A DNA stretch of 64,000 nucleotides from contig NC_086097.1 in the NCBI RefSeq assembly GCF_963921235.1, positions 186,560,001 to 186,624,000 on the forward strand, read 5' to 3'. Source of the stretch: Mobula hypostoma (Eukaryota). This document shows positions 1 through 11,863 of this stretch, piece by piece (within the stretch, counting starts at the first letter, position 1; each line of letters starts with the position of its first letter). The notes below the pieces were generated by a model. That model was not told the origin of the DNA, made no database searches, and saw nothing but the letters and a program-made list of their open reading frames with translations. The position numbers and the translations under genes are program-made.

Positions 1-341
1 TTGTATCACAATAGATTTAATTTGGCTTTTTTGACACTGATCAACAGAAAAAGACTCTTGTGACAAAATAAAATCAGATCTCTACAAAGTGATCTCAATT
101 AATTACAAATATAAAAGAGAAAATACTTAATTGCTTAAGTATTCATCCCTCCTTTAATATGACACACCAAATCATCATTGGTGCAGCCATTTGATTTTAG
201 AAGTCACATAATTAGTTAAATTGAGATCTGTCTTTGGAGACCTGTGTGCAGTCAAGGTGTTTCAATTGATCATAGTAAAAATATATCTGTATCTGTAAGG
301 TCTAATTGCTCGCGAGTCAGTATCCTGGCAAAAACTACACT

Positions 342-585
342 ATGAGGACAAAAGAACACTCCAAGGAACTCCATGAAAAGGTTATTGAAAAGGGCAAGTC
401 AGGAGATGGATACAAGAAAATATCCAAGACACCGAATATCCCTTGGAGTACAGTTAAATCAATCATCAAAAAATGAAAGGATTATGGCACAGATGTAAAT
501 CTGACTAGAGCGGGCTGTTCTCAAAAACTGAGTGACCATGCAAGGGGTCATGAGGGAGGCCACCAAGAGACCTATGAGAACTCTA
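342..585 (+). pseudogene. Tc1 transposase N-terminal (paired-like HTH) part
   Basis: Translates MRTKEHSKELHEKVIEKGKSGDGYKKISKTPNIPWSTVKSIIKK*..., a typical Tc1 N-terminus with an in-frame stop. Cut off by CR1 at 586. Confidence 0.9.
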
Positions 586-2154
586 TCATAAAGTTGTGAT
601 AGTAGAGGATTTTAATTTTCCACATATTGATTGAGGTTCTCATACTGTTAAAGGTCTAGACGGGTTAGAGTTTGTAAAATGTCTTCAGGAAAGTTTTCTA
701 AATCTATATATAGAGGTACCAACTAGAGAGGATGCAATATTAGATCTCCTATTAGGAAATGAGTTAGGACAGGTGACGGAAGTGTGTGTAGGAGAACACT
801 TTGGTTCCAGTGATCACAACACCATTAATTTCAACTTGATCATGGATAAAGATAGATCTGGTCCTTGAGTTGAGGTTCTAAACTGGGAAAAGGCCAAATT
901 TGAAGAAATGAGAAAGGATCTAAAGAGTGTGGATTGGGACAGGTTGTTCTCTGGCAAGGATGTGATTGGTAAGTGGGAGGCCTTCAAAGGAGAAATTTTG
1001 AGAGCGCAGAAGTTGTATGTTCCTGTCAGGATTAAAGGCAAAGTGAATAAGAATAAGGAACCTTGGTTCTCAAGGGATATTGGACCTCTGATAGAGAAGA
1101 AAACAGAAAAGTATGACATGTATAGGAAACATGAAGCAAATAAGGTGTTTGAGGAACATAAAAAGTGCAAAAAAATACTTAAGAAAGAAATCAGGAGGGC
1201 TAAAGGAAGACATGAGGTTGCTTTGGCAGTCAAGATGAAGGATAATCCAAAGAGCTTCTACAGGTATATTAAGAGCGAAAGGATAGTAAGGGATAAAATA
1301 GGTCCTCTTCAAGATCAGAGTGGTCGGCTATGTATGGCACCAAAAGAAATAGGGGTGATCTTAAACGTTTTTTTTTGCATCTGTATTTACTAAGGAAACT
1401 GGCATGGAGTCAATGGAAATAAGGCAAACAAGTAGTGAGGTCATGGAACCTATACAGATTGAAGAGGAGGAGGTGCTTGCTATCTTGTGGCAAATCAGAG
1501 TAGATAAGTCCCCAGGATCTGACAGGGTACTCCCTCAGACCTTGAAGGAGACTAGTGTTGAAATTGCAGGGGCCCTGGCAGATATATTTAAAATGTTGGT
1601 ATCTACGGGTGAGGTGCCGGAGGATTGGAGGATAGCTCATGTTGTTCCGTTGTTTAAAAAACGCTCTACAAGTAATCCAGAAAATTATAGGCTGATAAGT
1701 TTGTCATCAGTAGTAGTTAAATTATTGGAAGGAGTACTAAGAAATAGGATCTACAAGTATTTGGATAGTCAGGGACTTATTAGTGAGAGTTAACATAGCT
1801 TTGTGCGTGGTAGGTCATGTTTAACAAATCTATTAAGAGTTTTTCGAGGAGGTTACCAGGAAACTGGATGAAGGGAAGGCAGTGGATGTTATCTACATGG
1901 ACTTCAGTAAGGCCTTGACAAGGTCTCGCATGGGAGGTTAGGAAGATTGAGTCGCTAGATATACATGGAGAGGTAGTAAATTAGTTTAGACATTGGCTCA
2001 ATGGAAGAAGCCAGAGAGCAGTAGTGGAAGATTGCTTCTCTGAGTGGAGGCCTGTGACTAGTGGTGCACCACAGGGATTGGTGCTGGGTCCATTGTTATT
2101 TGTCATCTATATCAATGATCTGGATGATAATGTGATAAGTTGGATCAGCAAATT
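586..2154 (+). mobile_element. CR1 LINE, 5'-truncated, part 1 (endonuclease end, linker, RT N-half)
   Basis: Contains KVVIV.DFNFPHID, NPKSFYRYIK, KSPG.D, VPEDWRIAHVVPLFKK, NYR.ISL and YMDFSKA. Ends at WISK, immediately before the (F)ADD motif. Confidence 0.93.
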
Positions 2155-2990
2155 AATCACGTGACCAGCAACAATGAATATAGAATTGAGTCAGGTTTTA
2201 TAAAAACAAACAAACATTTATTAAACTCTGCTCAAAAATAGCGTAATGTAATGAAACGACTAACTTAACCAGAGGTTAACTGCTATACGGCAACTCTGGA
2301 ACAGTTCTTAAAAGGGTAAATGCAAAAACATTTTTTAAATGGTAAATTCAAACACAGTTCTTAGAATGGTAAATTCGAAAGTCCAAGAGATTTATACAGT
2401 CAATTAGGAGAGACTTTCCTGAAGTAAAGAATTCCTCGAAGACGTGACATTACTGCTGATCCCAACTGCAACTTGCCTTGTCCGCAGGATTCACAACGAT
2501 GGAAATAAAACTGTTTAAGAACTGACCCTTTCCTCTGGAGAATAGACACTGCGCAACCCTTCCTGCTTTAGCAGAGGATATCTCATGCAGGTCACTATTT
2601 CTTGAACGAAGATTCAATAAAGGTCGATCCTCTCCAAAACCGCCAAACAATATCAGCTTTACTCGACTGGGTGAATTCCTGTACTTTGGTAAGGTCTTCA
2701 CTCTCTAATGCTAGTAACAATAGAAAGTAAAACTCCACTTTAAAACGATACTGCATCATAAGACGAATACGCAGCAATACAGAGTAACTAACAGAAAACT
2801 AAACTGAAAACTAACTGTGTCACACCAGGGGTCTCCTTTATATATCTGTTGAGAACAGGTCATCATGTGACCTCACTGGCAGGAAAATTACATCATGTGA
2901 CCTCCGCAAGACCATTACATCATGCTCATAGGATACTCAATTACATCGTGGTCATAAGACAGTCACAAGACATCCATAAGGTATGTAACA
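2155..2990 (-). repeat. 3' LTR of the Gmr1-like element
   Basis: Direct repeat of 11025-11863, ending ...gtatgtaaca. The adjacent cctccctcc (2991-2999) is the polypurine tract on the minus strand. Confidence 0.93.
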
Positions 2991-3541
2991 CCTCCCTCCA
3001 AAAAAAATTTTGGTCTTTTGGGAGCAAAATTATAACCATTAACTATTTACAAAAAAAATGTATAAAATTTACAATTTATACCATATACACAGTAAATTAG
3101 TCATTATTCTTAACAAAATTACTCCAATCTAAAACATTACTTAACATCTCAACTCTCATAGTTCCTTGGGGAATCTCTTTAAACTTCACCATGTTGCTAT
3201 GTGTTTTCCTCCCAATTATCCAGGCAAAAAGTAGAATCCTGTCTTGAAATCTTAAACATTTTATTAAAATTGATCACGTATATTGGTCATCTTGTCTTGT
3301 GGTTTTGGTCTTAGAGCTCAAAGAAAAAAGGGAGGAAATGAGTATAGTAGTAGCCTTGGATGCAGAAAAAGCATTTGATAGATTGGAATGGGATTTTTTA
3401 TTTAAAGTATTAGAAAATATGGGTTAGGAACACCTTTTATAAACTGGATTAAAACTTTAAATACTAACCCTAATGCTAAAGTAGTGACAAATAGTGAAAT
3501 TTCAACACCATTCCAGTTAAAAAGGTCAACTAGACAAGGTT

Positions 3542-3753
3542 AACAACAGGAATTCTGCAGATGCTGGACATTCAAGCAACATACATCAAAGTTGCTGGTG
3601 AACGCAGCAGGCCAAGCAGCATCTGTAGGAAGAGGTGCAGTCGACGTTTCAGGCCGAGACCCTGACGAAGGGTCTCGGCCTGAAACGTCGACTGCACCTC
3701 TTCCTACAGATGCTGCTTGGCCTGCTGCGTTCACCAGCAACCTTGATGTATGT
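3542..3753. mobile_element. Fold-back mini Penelope-like element (hairpin) with hammerhead core
   Basis: 14-bp TSD aactagacaaggtt (3528-3541 / 3754-3767). Near-perfect inverted arms of ~83 bp. CTGACGA..GAAACGTC at 3662-3689. Confidence 0.85.
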
Positions 3754-4443
3754 AACTAGACAAGGTTGTCCATTATCACCTGTTTATTTGTACTGGCGAT
3801 AGAGCCATTAGCAGAACTAATTAGAATTGATCCAGATATTAAGGGTTTTAGAATTAATCAGGAGGAATATAAAATTGACCTATTTGCTGATGATGTTTTG
3901 ATTTACTGAACAAACCCACAGCATTCGTTACATAAATTATCTTCTAGATTGGATGAATATGGGAAAGTATCAGGGTATAAAACAAATTGGGATAAAAGTG
4001 AAATTTTACCTCTTACTAAAGGAGACTATGGCCAATGTGGATTAGCAACCCAATTTAGATGGCCGGTAAATGGTATAAAGTATGTAGGTATAAGACTTGA
4101 TAATGATGTAAAGAATTTATATAAATTTAATTATTTACCACTATTGAAAAAAATTCAAGAAGATCTTGACAAATGGATGATACTACCAATAACATTAGTG
4201 GGTAGAGTCAATGTTGTAAAAATGAATATATTTCCTAGATTAGAGTAATTGTTTCAAACATTACCAATACAATTGCCACAGAAATTTTTTCAAGAGTTAA
4301 ATAAATGTTTGAGAAAATTTCTTTGGAAAGGTAAGATGTCAAGAATATCATTGGAAAAATTGACATGGAAATTTGAGTTAGGAGGGTTACAACTTCCAAA
4401 CTTTAAGAATTATTATAAAGCAAATCAACTTAGATTTATTGCA

Positions 4444-5370
4444 GCAACACACATCAAAGTTGCTGGTGAACGCAGCAGGCCAGGCAGCATCTCTAGGAAG
4501 AGGTACAGTCGACGTTTCGGGCCGAGACCCTTTGTCAGGACTAACTGAAGGAAGAGTTAATAAGAGATTTGAAAGTGGGAGGGGAGGGAGAGATCCAAAA
4601 TGATAGGAGAAGACAGGAGGGGGAGGGATGGAGCCAAGAGCTGGACAGGTGATTGGCAAAGAGGATATGAGAGGATCATGGGGCAGGAGGTCCTGGGGGA
4701 AAGACAAGGCGGGGGGGAAACCCAGAGGATGGGCAAGGGGTATAGTCAGAGGGACAGAGGGAGAAAAAGGAGAGTGAGAGAAAGAATGTGTGTATAAAAA
4801 TAAATAACGGATGAGGTACAAGGGGAAGGTGGGGCATTAGCAGAAGTTTGAGAAGTCAATGTTCAAGCCATCAGGTTGGAGGCTACCCAGACGGAATATA
4901 AGGTGTTAACTTCTCTGACTTCCGCTAATGCCCCACCTCCCCCTCGTACCCCATCCGTTATTTATTTTTATACACACATTCTTTCTCTCACTCTCCTTTT
5001 TCTCACTCTCCTTTTTCTCCCTCTGTCCCTCTGACTATACCCCTTGCCCATGCTCTGGGTTCCCCCCCCCTTGTCTTTCTCCCCGGACCTCCTGTCCCAT
5101 GATCCTCTCATATCCCCTTTGCCAATCACCTGTCCAGCTCTTGGCTCCATCCCTCCCCCTCCTGTCTTCTCCTATCATTTTGGATCTCCCCCTCCCCCTC
5201 CCACTTTCAAATCTCTTACTAACTCTTCCTTCAGTTAGTCCTGATGAAGGGTCTCGGCCTGAAACGTCGACTGTTCCTCTTCCTAGAGATGCTGCCTGGC
5301 CTGCTGCATTCACCAGCAACTTTGATGTGTGTTGCTTGAATTTCCAGCATCCGCAGAATTCCTGTTGTTC
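4444..5370. mobile_element. Inverted (tail-out) pair of Penelope-like 3' ends
   Basis: 12-bp TSD agatttattgca (4432-4443 / 5371-5382). The minus arm encodes the GIY-YIG C-terminus LIFRLGSLQPDGLNIDFSNFC*. Arms are ~400 bp inverted repeats. Confidence 0.88.
5237..5272 (+). ncRNA. Minimal type I hammerhead ribozyme (Penelope-type), intact core
   Basis: AGTC-CTGATGA-AGG-GTCTCGG-CCT-GAAAC-GTC|GACT: stem I AGTC/GACT, stem II AGG/CCT, palindromic stem III ACGT. Predicted cleavage after 5268. Confidence 0.82.
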
Positions 5371-6760
5371 AGATTTATTGCATCTTTCTTTGATGAACGA
5401 AAACCGGCATGGATTAGAGTAGAATTAGATAAGATAAGAGAAAATACACCCGAAGATTTTATTTATAAATGGGAATCTAAATGGATATGGGAAAAGAAAG
5501 AATCTCCTATATTAAAACATTTGATTCATCTATGTAATAAGATAAATGTTGATAATGAAATAAAGCAATCTTTATTAGCAAGGAGACCTTTGTTCCAAAA
5601 CAGACTTATTCCTTTTACAATGGATAATCAACTTATATATAATTGGTACCAAAAAGGGATTAGATCTATAGGAGACTGTTATGAACGAGGTATATTGATG
5701 TCATTTGAACAATTAAAGAATAAATATAAAATATCAAATAATACTTCCTTTTGTTACCTTCGATTAAGGGCTTACTTAAAAGGCAAACTGGGTCAAACGA
5801 TGTTTTTGCCAAAACCCAATGAAATTGAAATTTTAATTCAAAAAGGAAAAATTTAAAAAAATATTTCTTGTATGTATAATTTGATTCAAAAACAAACAAT
5901 TAAACAAGGAATCCACAAGTCAAAACAAAAATGGGAAACAGATCTGAATATTAATATTGATGAAACAAATTGATCAAGACTATGTCGTGACAGTATGACA
6001 AATACAATAAATGTTTGACTTAGATTAGTACAATATAATTTTTTACACCAAATATATATTACACCACAAAAAATAAATAGATTAAATTCAAACTTATCTG
6101 ATCAATGCTTTCGGTGTAATCAAGAAATTGGTACTTTCTTACATTTTACTTTGTCTTGTTCTAAAATTCAACCTTTTTGGATAAATTTAAGAGTCTTATT
6201 GGAACAAGTTACTGGAACTCAACTTCCACATAACCCTGTATTATCTCTATTAGGTGATATTGAAGGGATAAAACCAAAACTTAAACTGAATAAATATCAG
6301 AAAGAATTCATAAAAATTGCATTGGCAGTAGCCAAGAAGGCTATAGCAGTTACTTGGAAATCGGATTCGTATTTAAGTATGAATCGTTGGAACAATGAAA
6401 TGTCTAGTTGTATTCCACTCGAAAAAATTACTTATAATTTAAGAGATAAATATGATACATTTTTGAATATTTTGCGCCCTTATTTACAAAAGATAGGATG
6501 GCATATTTAGTTGCTCCGATGATAAAGATGTTGGTCCCTTGGGGAAAGTAATAAATAAATGTACTAAATTTATTTTGAATCCCATGGAGCATGTGGAAAC
6601 CTTCCAATATCCAGGCAGTTCTTCTTTCTTTTTCTTTTTTTTCTTTTTTTTTCAGGTAGGGGTATATATCGGGGGGAAGAGTTAAGGGGAGGGGGGAGGG
6701 TAGACATTATCTTTCTATGTAATCACTTCAAAAACTCAATAAAAATTATATTAAAAAAAA

Positions 6761-7543
6761 GAACAGGAAGGCGGATTATTATCTAAATGGAGTCAAGTTA
6801 GGAAAAGGGGAAGTACAGCGAGATCTAAGTGTTCTTGTACATCAGTCACTGAAAGCAAGCATGCAAGTACAGCAGGCTGTGAAGAAAGCTAATGCTGGCC
6901 TTCATAACAAGGGGAATTGAGTATAAGAGCAAAGAGGTCCTTCTGCAGCTGTACAGGGCCCTGGTGAGACCACACCTGGAGTACTGTGTGCAGTTTTGGT
7001 CTCCAAATTTGAGGAAGGACATTCTTGTTATTGAGGGAGTGCAGTGTAGGTTCACAAGGTTAATTTCCAGGATAGCGGGACTGTCATATGTCGAAAGATT
7101 GGAGTGACTGGGCTTGTATACTCTGGAATTTAGAAGGCTGATAGGGGATCTTATTGAAACATATAAGATTATTAAGGGATTGGACACGCTGCAGGCAGGA
7201 AGCACGTTCCCGCTGATGGGTGAGTCCAGAACCAGAGGTCACAGTTTAAGAATTAGGGGTAGGCCATTTAGAACGGAGTTGAGGAAAAACTTTTTCACCC
7301 AGAGAGTGGTGGATATATGGAATGCTCTGCCCCAGAAGACTGTGGAGGCCAAGTCTCTGGATGCTTTCAAGAAAGAGATGGATAGAGCTCTTAAAGATAG
7401 CAGAATCAAAGGTTATGGGGATAAGGCAGGAACTGGATACTGATTGTGGATGATCAGCCATGATCACAGTGAATGGCGGTGTTGGTTCGAAAGGCTGAAT
7501 GGCCTACTTCTGCACCTATTGTCTACTGTCTATTGTCTATTGT
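6761..7543 (+). mobile_element. CR1 LINE 3' fragment
   Basis: Contains LYRALVRPHLEYCVQFWSP and RTRGHSLRI..FFTQRVV. The 3' tail is (tattgtc)n. Confidence 0.93.
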
Positions 7544-9100
7544 ATCTCCACCATCTACATCATGCAAAGCTATGGTGGCTCTTCTAGAAACGTCTGGAAA
7601 TGAATCCCTATATTAAAAAATTAACTGTTTCATCTGCTCTCTCTGCTCTGGCTGTAAATGAGCTAATTTCTCATCAATATTTTCCAGATTTGTTGAGTTT
7701 GGTAATCTGGCAGAAATAATGTTGGGTTTAAAATGAGTTTCAGATGAATCATCCATTAACTTCCCAATGGGATCAAACTCATTATTATTGACCACAACAG
7801 TCATAGTAGCAGCCTGTTTCTCATAATATGGTTTTATCATATTTGTATGACACAGCTCTGTTGGCTTTCTTCGATCTGGGATTTTTATCACGTAATCCAC
7901 ATCATTTACTTTAGATTTAATCTCATAAGGACCATGAAATTTAGCTTGTAATGGGTTTGTTTGCACCGAGAAAAGAACCAACACCTTACCTCCAGGCTTA
8001 AACAACCCCTCATTCTAGCTTCCTTATCATACCAAGTTTTAATTTTCTCCTGAGCCGATTTTGAATTTTCCTTGGCTAAGCTACAAGCTTTATGTAATCT
8101 TTCCTTGAATTTTAAAACATAATCCAGCAAATTAGTATATACCTCTTTATTAATCCATTGTTCCTTCAACAAAGCCAAAGGTCGTCGAACTCTATGCCCA
8201 AACACAAGTTCAAAAGGACTAAAATCTAATGATTCCTGCACTGCCTCCCATACTGCAAAAAGTAGTAAATGTACACCTTCATCCCAGTCCTTTTCATTTT
8301 CCACACAATACGTCCTAATCATAGTTTTAAGGGTAGAATGGAATCTCTCCAAGGCTCCTTGTGTTTCTAGATGATATGCAGATGAGGTAATCTGTTTTGC
8401 TCCCAGTTTATAAACTATCTGCTGAGACAATCCAAACATAAAATTACTACCTTGATCTGATTGTATTTCCTTAGGCAACCCAAAATAAGTAAAGAATTTT
8501 ATAAGAGCCTTTGTCGCAGTTTTGGCTGTTATATTCCTAAGAGGCATTGCCTCTGAAAACCTAGACACTGTGCACATATGAGGAATTCTGCAGATGCTGG
8601 AAATTCAAGCAACTCAGTTAGCCCTGACGAAGGGTCTCAGCCTGAAATGTCAACTGTACCTCTTCCTAGAGATGCTGCCTGGTCTGCTGCGTTCACCAGC
8701 AACTTTGATGTGTGTCACTGTGCACATGATGGTCAACAAATATTGATGTCCAGTTTTAGTTTTTGGCAATGGGCCTACACAATCTATAATAATTTTGGAA
8801 AACGGCTCACCAAATGCGAGAATCAATTGCAGTGAGGCCACTGGAGTAACTTGATTAGGTTTACCAACAATTTAACAAGTATGGCACGTCCTGCAAAATG
8901 TTGGCACATCTTTTCTTAAACTAGGCCAGTAAAAATGTCTAAAAACCTTGTTCATAGTTTTCTTTACACCTTGGTGGCCACCTAAAGGCATGCTATGAGC
9001 CACAGTTAAAATCTCATTTCGATAAACTTTAGGAACAACTATCTTCCCATTCCTCACTTGCAGGAATTGTAGGTGATCTCCACTTCCTCATTAATGCTCC
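7544..9100 (-). pseudogene. Gypsy integrase (HHCC, DDE core, GPY/F) followed by the first residues of the RT region
   Basis: Contains HSMPLGGHQG...CRTCHTC, IIIDCVGPLP, IQSDQGSNF, GALERFHSTLK and FHGPYEI, then FPDVSRRATIALHDVDGGD, where it is cut off. Confidence 0.9.
8578..8715 (+). mobile_element. Mini Penelope-like insert (inverted tail plus 3' end with decayed hammerhead) inside the integrase
   Basis: 12-bp TSD cactgtgcacat (8566-8577 / 8716-8727). Carries CTGACGA-AGG..CCT-GAAAT. Confidence 0.85.
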
Positions 9101-9419
9101 CTTTTCAAAATAAAATCCTACTGGCACCTTCTCAATTTCAGTATCTGGAAGAGCTTGTTCCTTTAATTTGATATCTCAGGGTCTCTACTCTGCTCCAAGA
9201 TAAAGACAAATCTTCATGGTCAGACTTGCTATCTTGATCAAATAATGAAGGTAAGAGAGTTTCTGACACATCCTCAAAATTCGCATCCCAAGTTGAACAG
9301 TCATGGGTAACAACTTCATCCTGTACATCAGTCCATTTTAGCCATAGCTCCGGTTACAACACAGGAAGAATCTGTGTTAGAATCCCTCTGTGGTTCCTCA
9401 GAAATAGGCTTTATTGTCA

Positions 9420-10900
9420 AATGCACTTCTGCAAAAACTTGTCCATCTGCTAAGTCATTCCCTCACAATAAAGAAATATCATTGATGGGTAAACTGGGTT
9501 GTAGTCCTACTTTAAAAGACCTTATAACTAACCCTGACCTTAAATTTGCTTTATGCAAATGTACCGGCATATGGGCACTCCCAACTTCTCGTATATAGGT
9601 TACCCAACCAATGTCAGACTCATCACTAAACTTTAGAACACTGTCTAACATTAGTGATTGAGAAGCTCCAGTATCTCTAAGGGTCCTTAGTGGTACTGGA
9701 TTGGATCCCTCTTTCAAGGATACAAATCCTTCATTTATAAAATGTTCATATCCCCTCTTAATTTGGTCAGACTCTGACAAAACTTCATTTGTATTTATCA
9801 AACTCTGTGGATTTACTGGTGTTTCAATATGCTGTACACAAGCACCTGGGACTGCTTCCTTCTCTTTCTTTTTCAATCGAAAACAGTTAGCTATCACATG
9901 TCCAGGTTTCTTACAATAATTACGAATAGGACCAAAATGTCTTTCCTTCACATGGCTCCCTTCATCTTTACCATTCTCACTAACTTCAGATTTAATTTCT
10001 GGTTTACCCTGACACTCTGTGCTATTTTTCCTTTTAAAAGTTCTACGGGGAGAAGATCTACTCTTATGAATTAAAGCATACTCATCAGCTAATTTAGCAG
10101 ACTCCTGCAATGTAGCAGTGTCCTTTTCATTTAAGTATGTCCTCACTTCAACAGGAATGCTCCTTTTAAATTCCTCCAGTAAAATCAACTCTTTTAATTT
10201 ATTATACACCCCATTCACATTTTTAGAGGAAACACATCTCTCAAAACACACAGATTTCTCATAGGCAAAATCCACATAAGTTTTTTCCACAGATTTCTTC
10301 AAATTTCAGAATCTTTCTCTATAAGTTTCTGGAACCAGTTCATACGCTTTCAATATATGCTTCTTCACAATATCATCATCCAGTGCTTACTCAGCAGTTA
10401 AAGCTGTATAAACTTGTTGTGCCTTGCCTCTAATTACACTTTGTAACATCACTGGCAATCTATCTTTCGGGCACAAATATTTGTCCACTTCTGTTTCATT
10501 AAATGGAGGAGCCAAAATAACATCTCGACTAGCAGCAAACTGTTTCCCAGAACCAGAGGACTGATTTTCCATCCTTAATTTCTCCATCACTAGCTCAAAC
10601 TCACTCTTTTTATCTGCCTCTTTTTCGGCCATTTCCGCTTTAAATTTCTCAAACTTTACCTGTTCAAGATGTAACTACATTTCCAGTGTACTCATTGGAA
10701 ACTTCCCTAACATTTCATCATCATACTTTCCCGAACTTATATAATGCTCCGCGATTTTTCTCTGAATTACTGGCTTTGTTGTAACCTTTGTAATTCCTTT
10801 AAGATCCAACCTCCTAGCAATCTCGGATACATCACCCTTTCTCACCTTCACTAAAAACTCCGGGTCTGGCGATTCCAGAAAGTCATCAATATTCATTGCT
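9420..10900 (-). pseudogene. Gypsy gag (SCAN-like capsid C-domain, zinc knuckle) and aspartic protease
   Basis: Contains LKELILLEEFKRSIPVEVRTYLNEK..ESAKLADEY, the knuckle (R)NYCKKPGHVIANC and the protease motif LRDTGASQSL. Confidence 0.88.
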
Positions 10901-11002
10901 GCCGAATACCACCCACAGACCAATCAAACAAAAGAATTGGGTATTTCCCTTTTCCAAATCAGGTTGATAATTAAACAAGCACTTAAGCTCAAAATTGGAA
11001 CC

Positions 11003-11019
11003 ATCCGTACGAGCCCCCA
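11003..11019 (-). promoter_or_regulatory. Primer-binding site, tRNA-Pro type
   Basis: The minus strand reads TGGGGGCTCGTACGGAT a few nt inside the 5' LTR, close to the canonical PBS-Pro TGGGGGCTCGTCCGGGAT. Confidence 0.85.
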
Positions 11020-11024
11020 AATTA

Positions 11025-11863
11025 TGTCACATGACCGGCAACAATGAATATAGAATTGAGTCAAGTTTTATAAAAACAAGCAAACATTTATTAAACTCTG
11101 CTCAAAAATAGCAAAATATATTTAAACGACTAACTTAACCAGAAGTTAACTGCTATACAGCAACTCTGGAGCAGTTCTTAAAAAGGTAAATGCGAAAACA
11201 GTTCTTAAAGTGGTAAATTCAAACACAGTTCTTAGAATGGTAAATTCAAAAGTCCAAGAGATTTATGCAGTCAATTAGGAGAGACTTTCTTGAAGTAAAG
11301 AATTCCTCAAAGACGTGACGTTACTGCTGATCCCAGCCAGAACCTGCCTTGTCCGAAGGATTCACGACGATGGAAATAAAATGGTTTAATGGAACTGACC
11401 TTTTCCTCCGGAGAATAGACACTGCGCAACCCTTCCTGCTTTAGCAGAGTATATCTCATGCAGGTCACTATTTCTTGAACTAAGGTTCAATAAATGTCGA
11501 TCTTCTCCAAAACCGCCGAATGATATCAGCTTTACTCGACTCGGCGGATTCCTGTACTTTGGTAAGGTCTTCACTCTCCAATACTAGTAGCAATAGAAAG
11601 TAGAACTCCACTTTAAAATGAAACTGCATCATAAGACAAATACGCAGCAATACAGAGTAACTAACACAAAACTAAACTGAAAACTGACTGTGTCACACCA
11701 GGGGTCTCCTTTACATACCTGTTGAGAACAGGTCATCATGTGACCTCACTGGCAGGAAAATTACATCATGTGACCTCCGCAAGACCATTACGTCATGCTC
11801 ATAAGATACTCAATTGCATCATAATTATAAAACAGTCACAAGCTATCCATGAGGTATGTAACA
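11025..11863 (-). repeat. 5' LTR of the Gmr1-like element
   Basis: TG...CA termini (tgtcac...gtaaca). Direct repeat of 2155-2990. Confidence 0.93.

Larger units (their letters stand above)
3311..6760 (+). mobile_element. L1-clade LINE, 5'-truncated ORF2 plus 3'UTR and poly(A)
   Basis: Contains VALDAEKAFDRLEW, TRQGCPLSP, LFADDV, GGLQLPNF and the C-terminal CFRC..GTFLH....C. Stop at 6510, then AATAAA near 6739 and an A-tail to 6760. Multiple stops and frameshifts. Confidence 0.9.
2155..11863 (-). mobile_element. Gypsy LTR retrotransposon, Gmr1-like (gag-PR-IN-[RT/RH deleted]), inserted at the CR1 FADD motif
   Basis: Two ~840 bp LTRs (2155-2990 and 11025-11863), a PBS and a PPT. Gag, protease and integrase remnants lie on the minus strand. 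CR1 resumes at 11864 (..TKIGG). Confidence 0.93.

Noticed and set aside
3579..3753. Hairpin as a microRNA gene or classical MITE
   Set aside because: The arms are Penelope 3'-end sequence with a 14-bp TSD and an asymmetric tail. There are no DNA-transposon TIR/TSD signatures and no expression evidence.
4249..5422. Several 60-165 aa ORFs with recurring SPDEGSRPETST/DAAWPAAF peptides
   Set aside because: These are translations of the non-coding Penelope terminal repeat and hammerhead, which is why they recur across the window.
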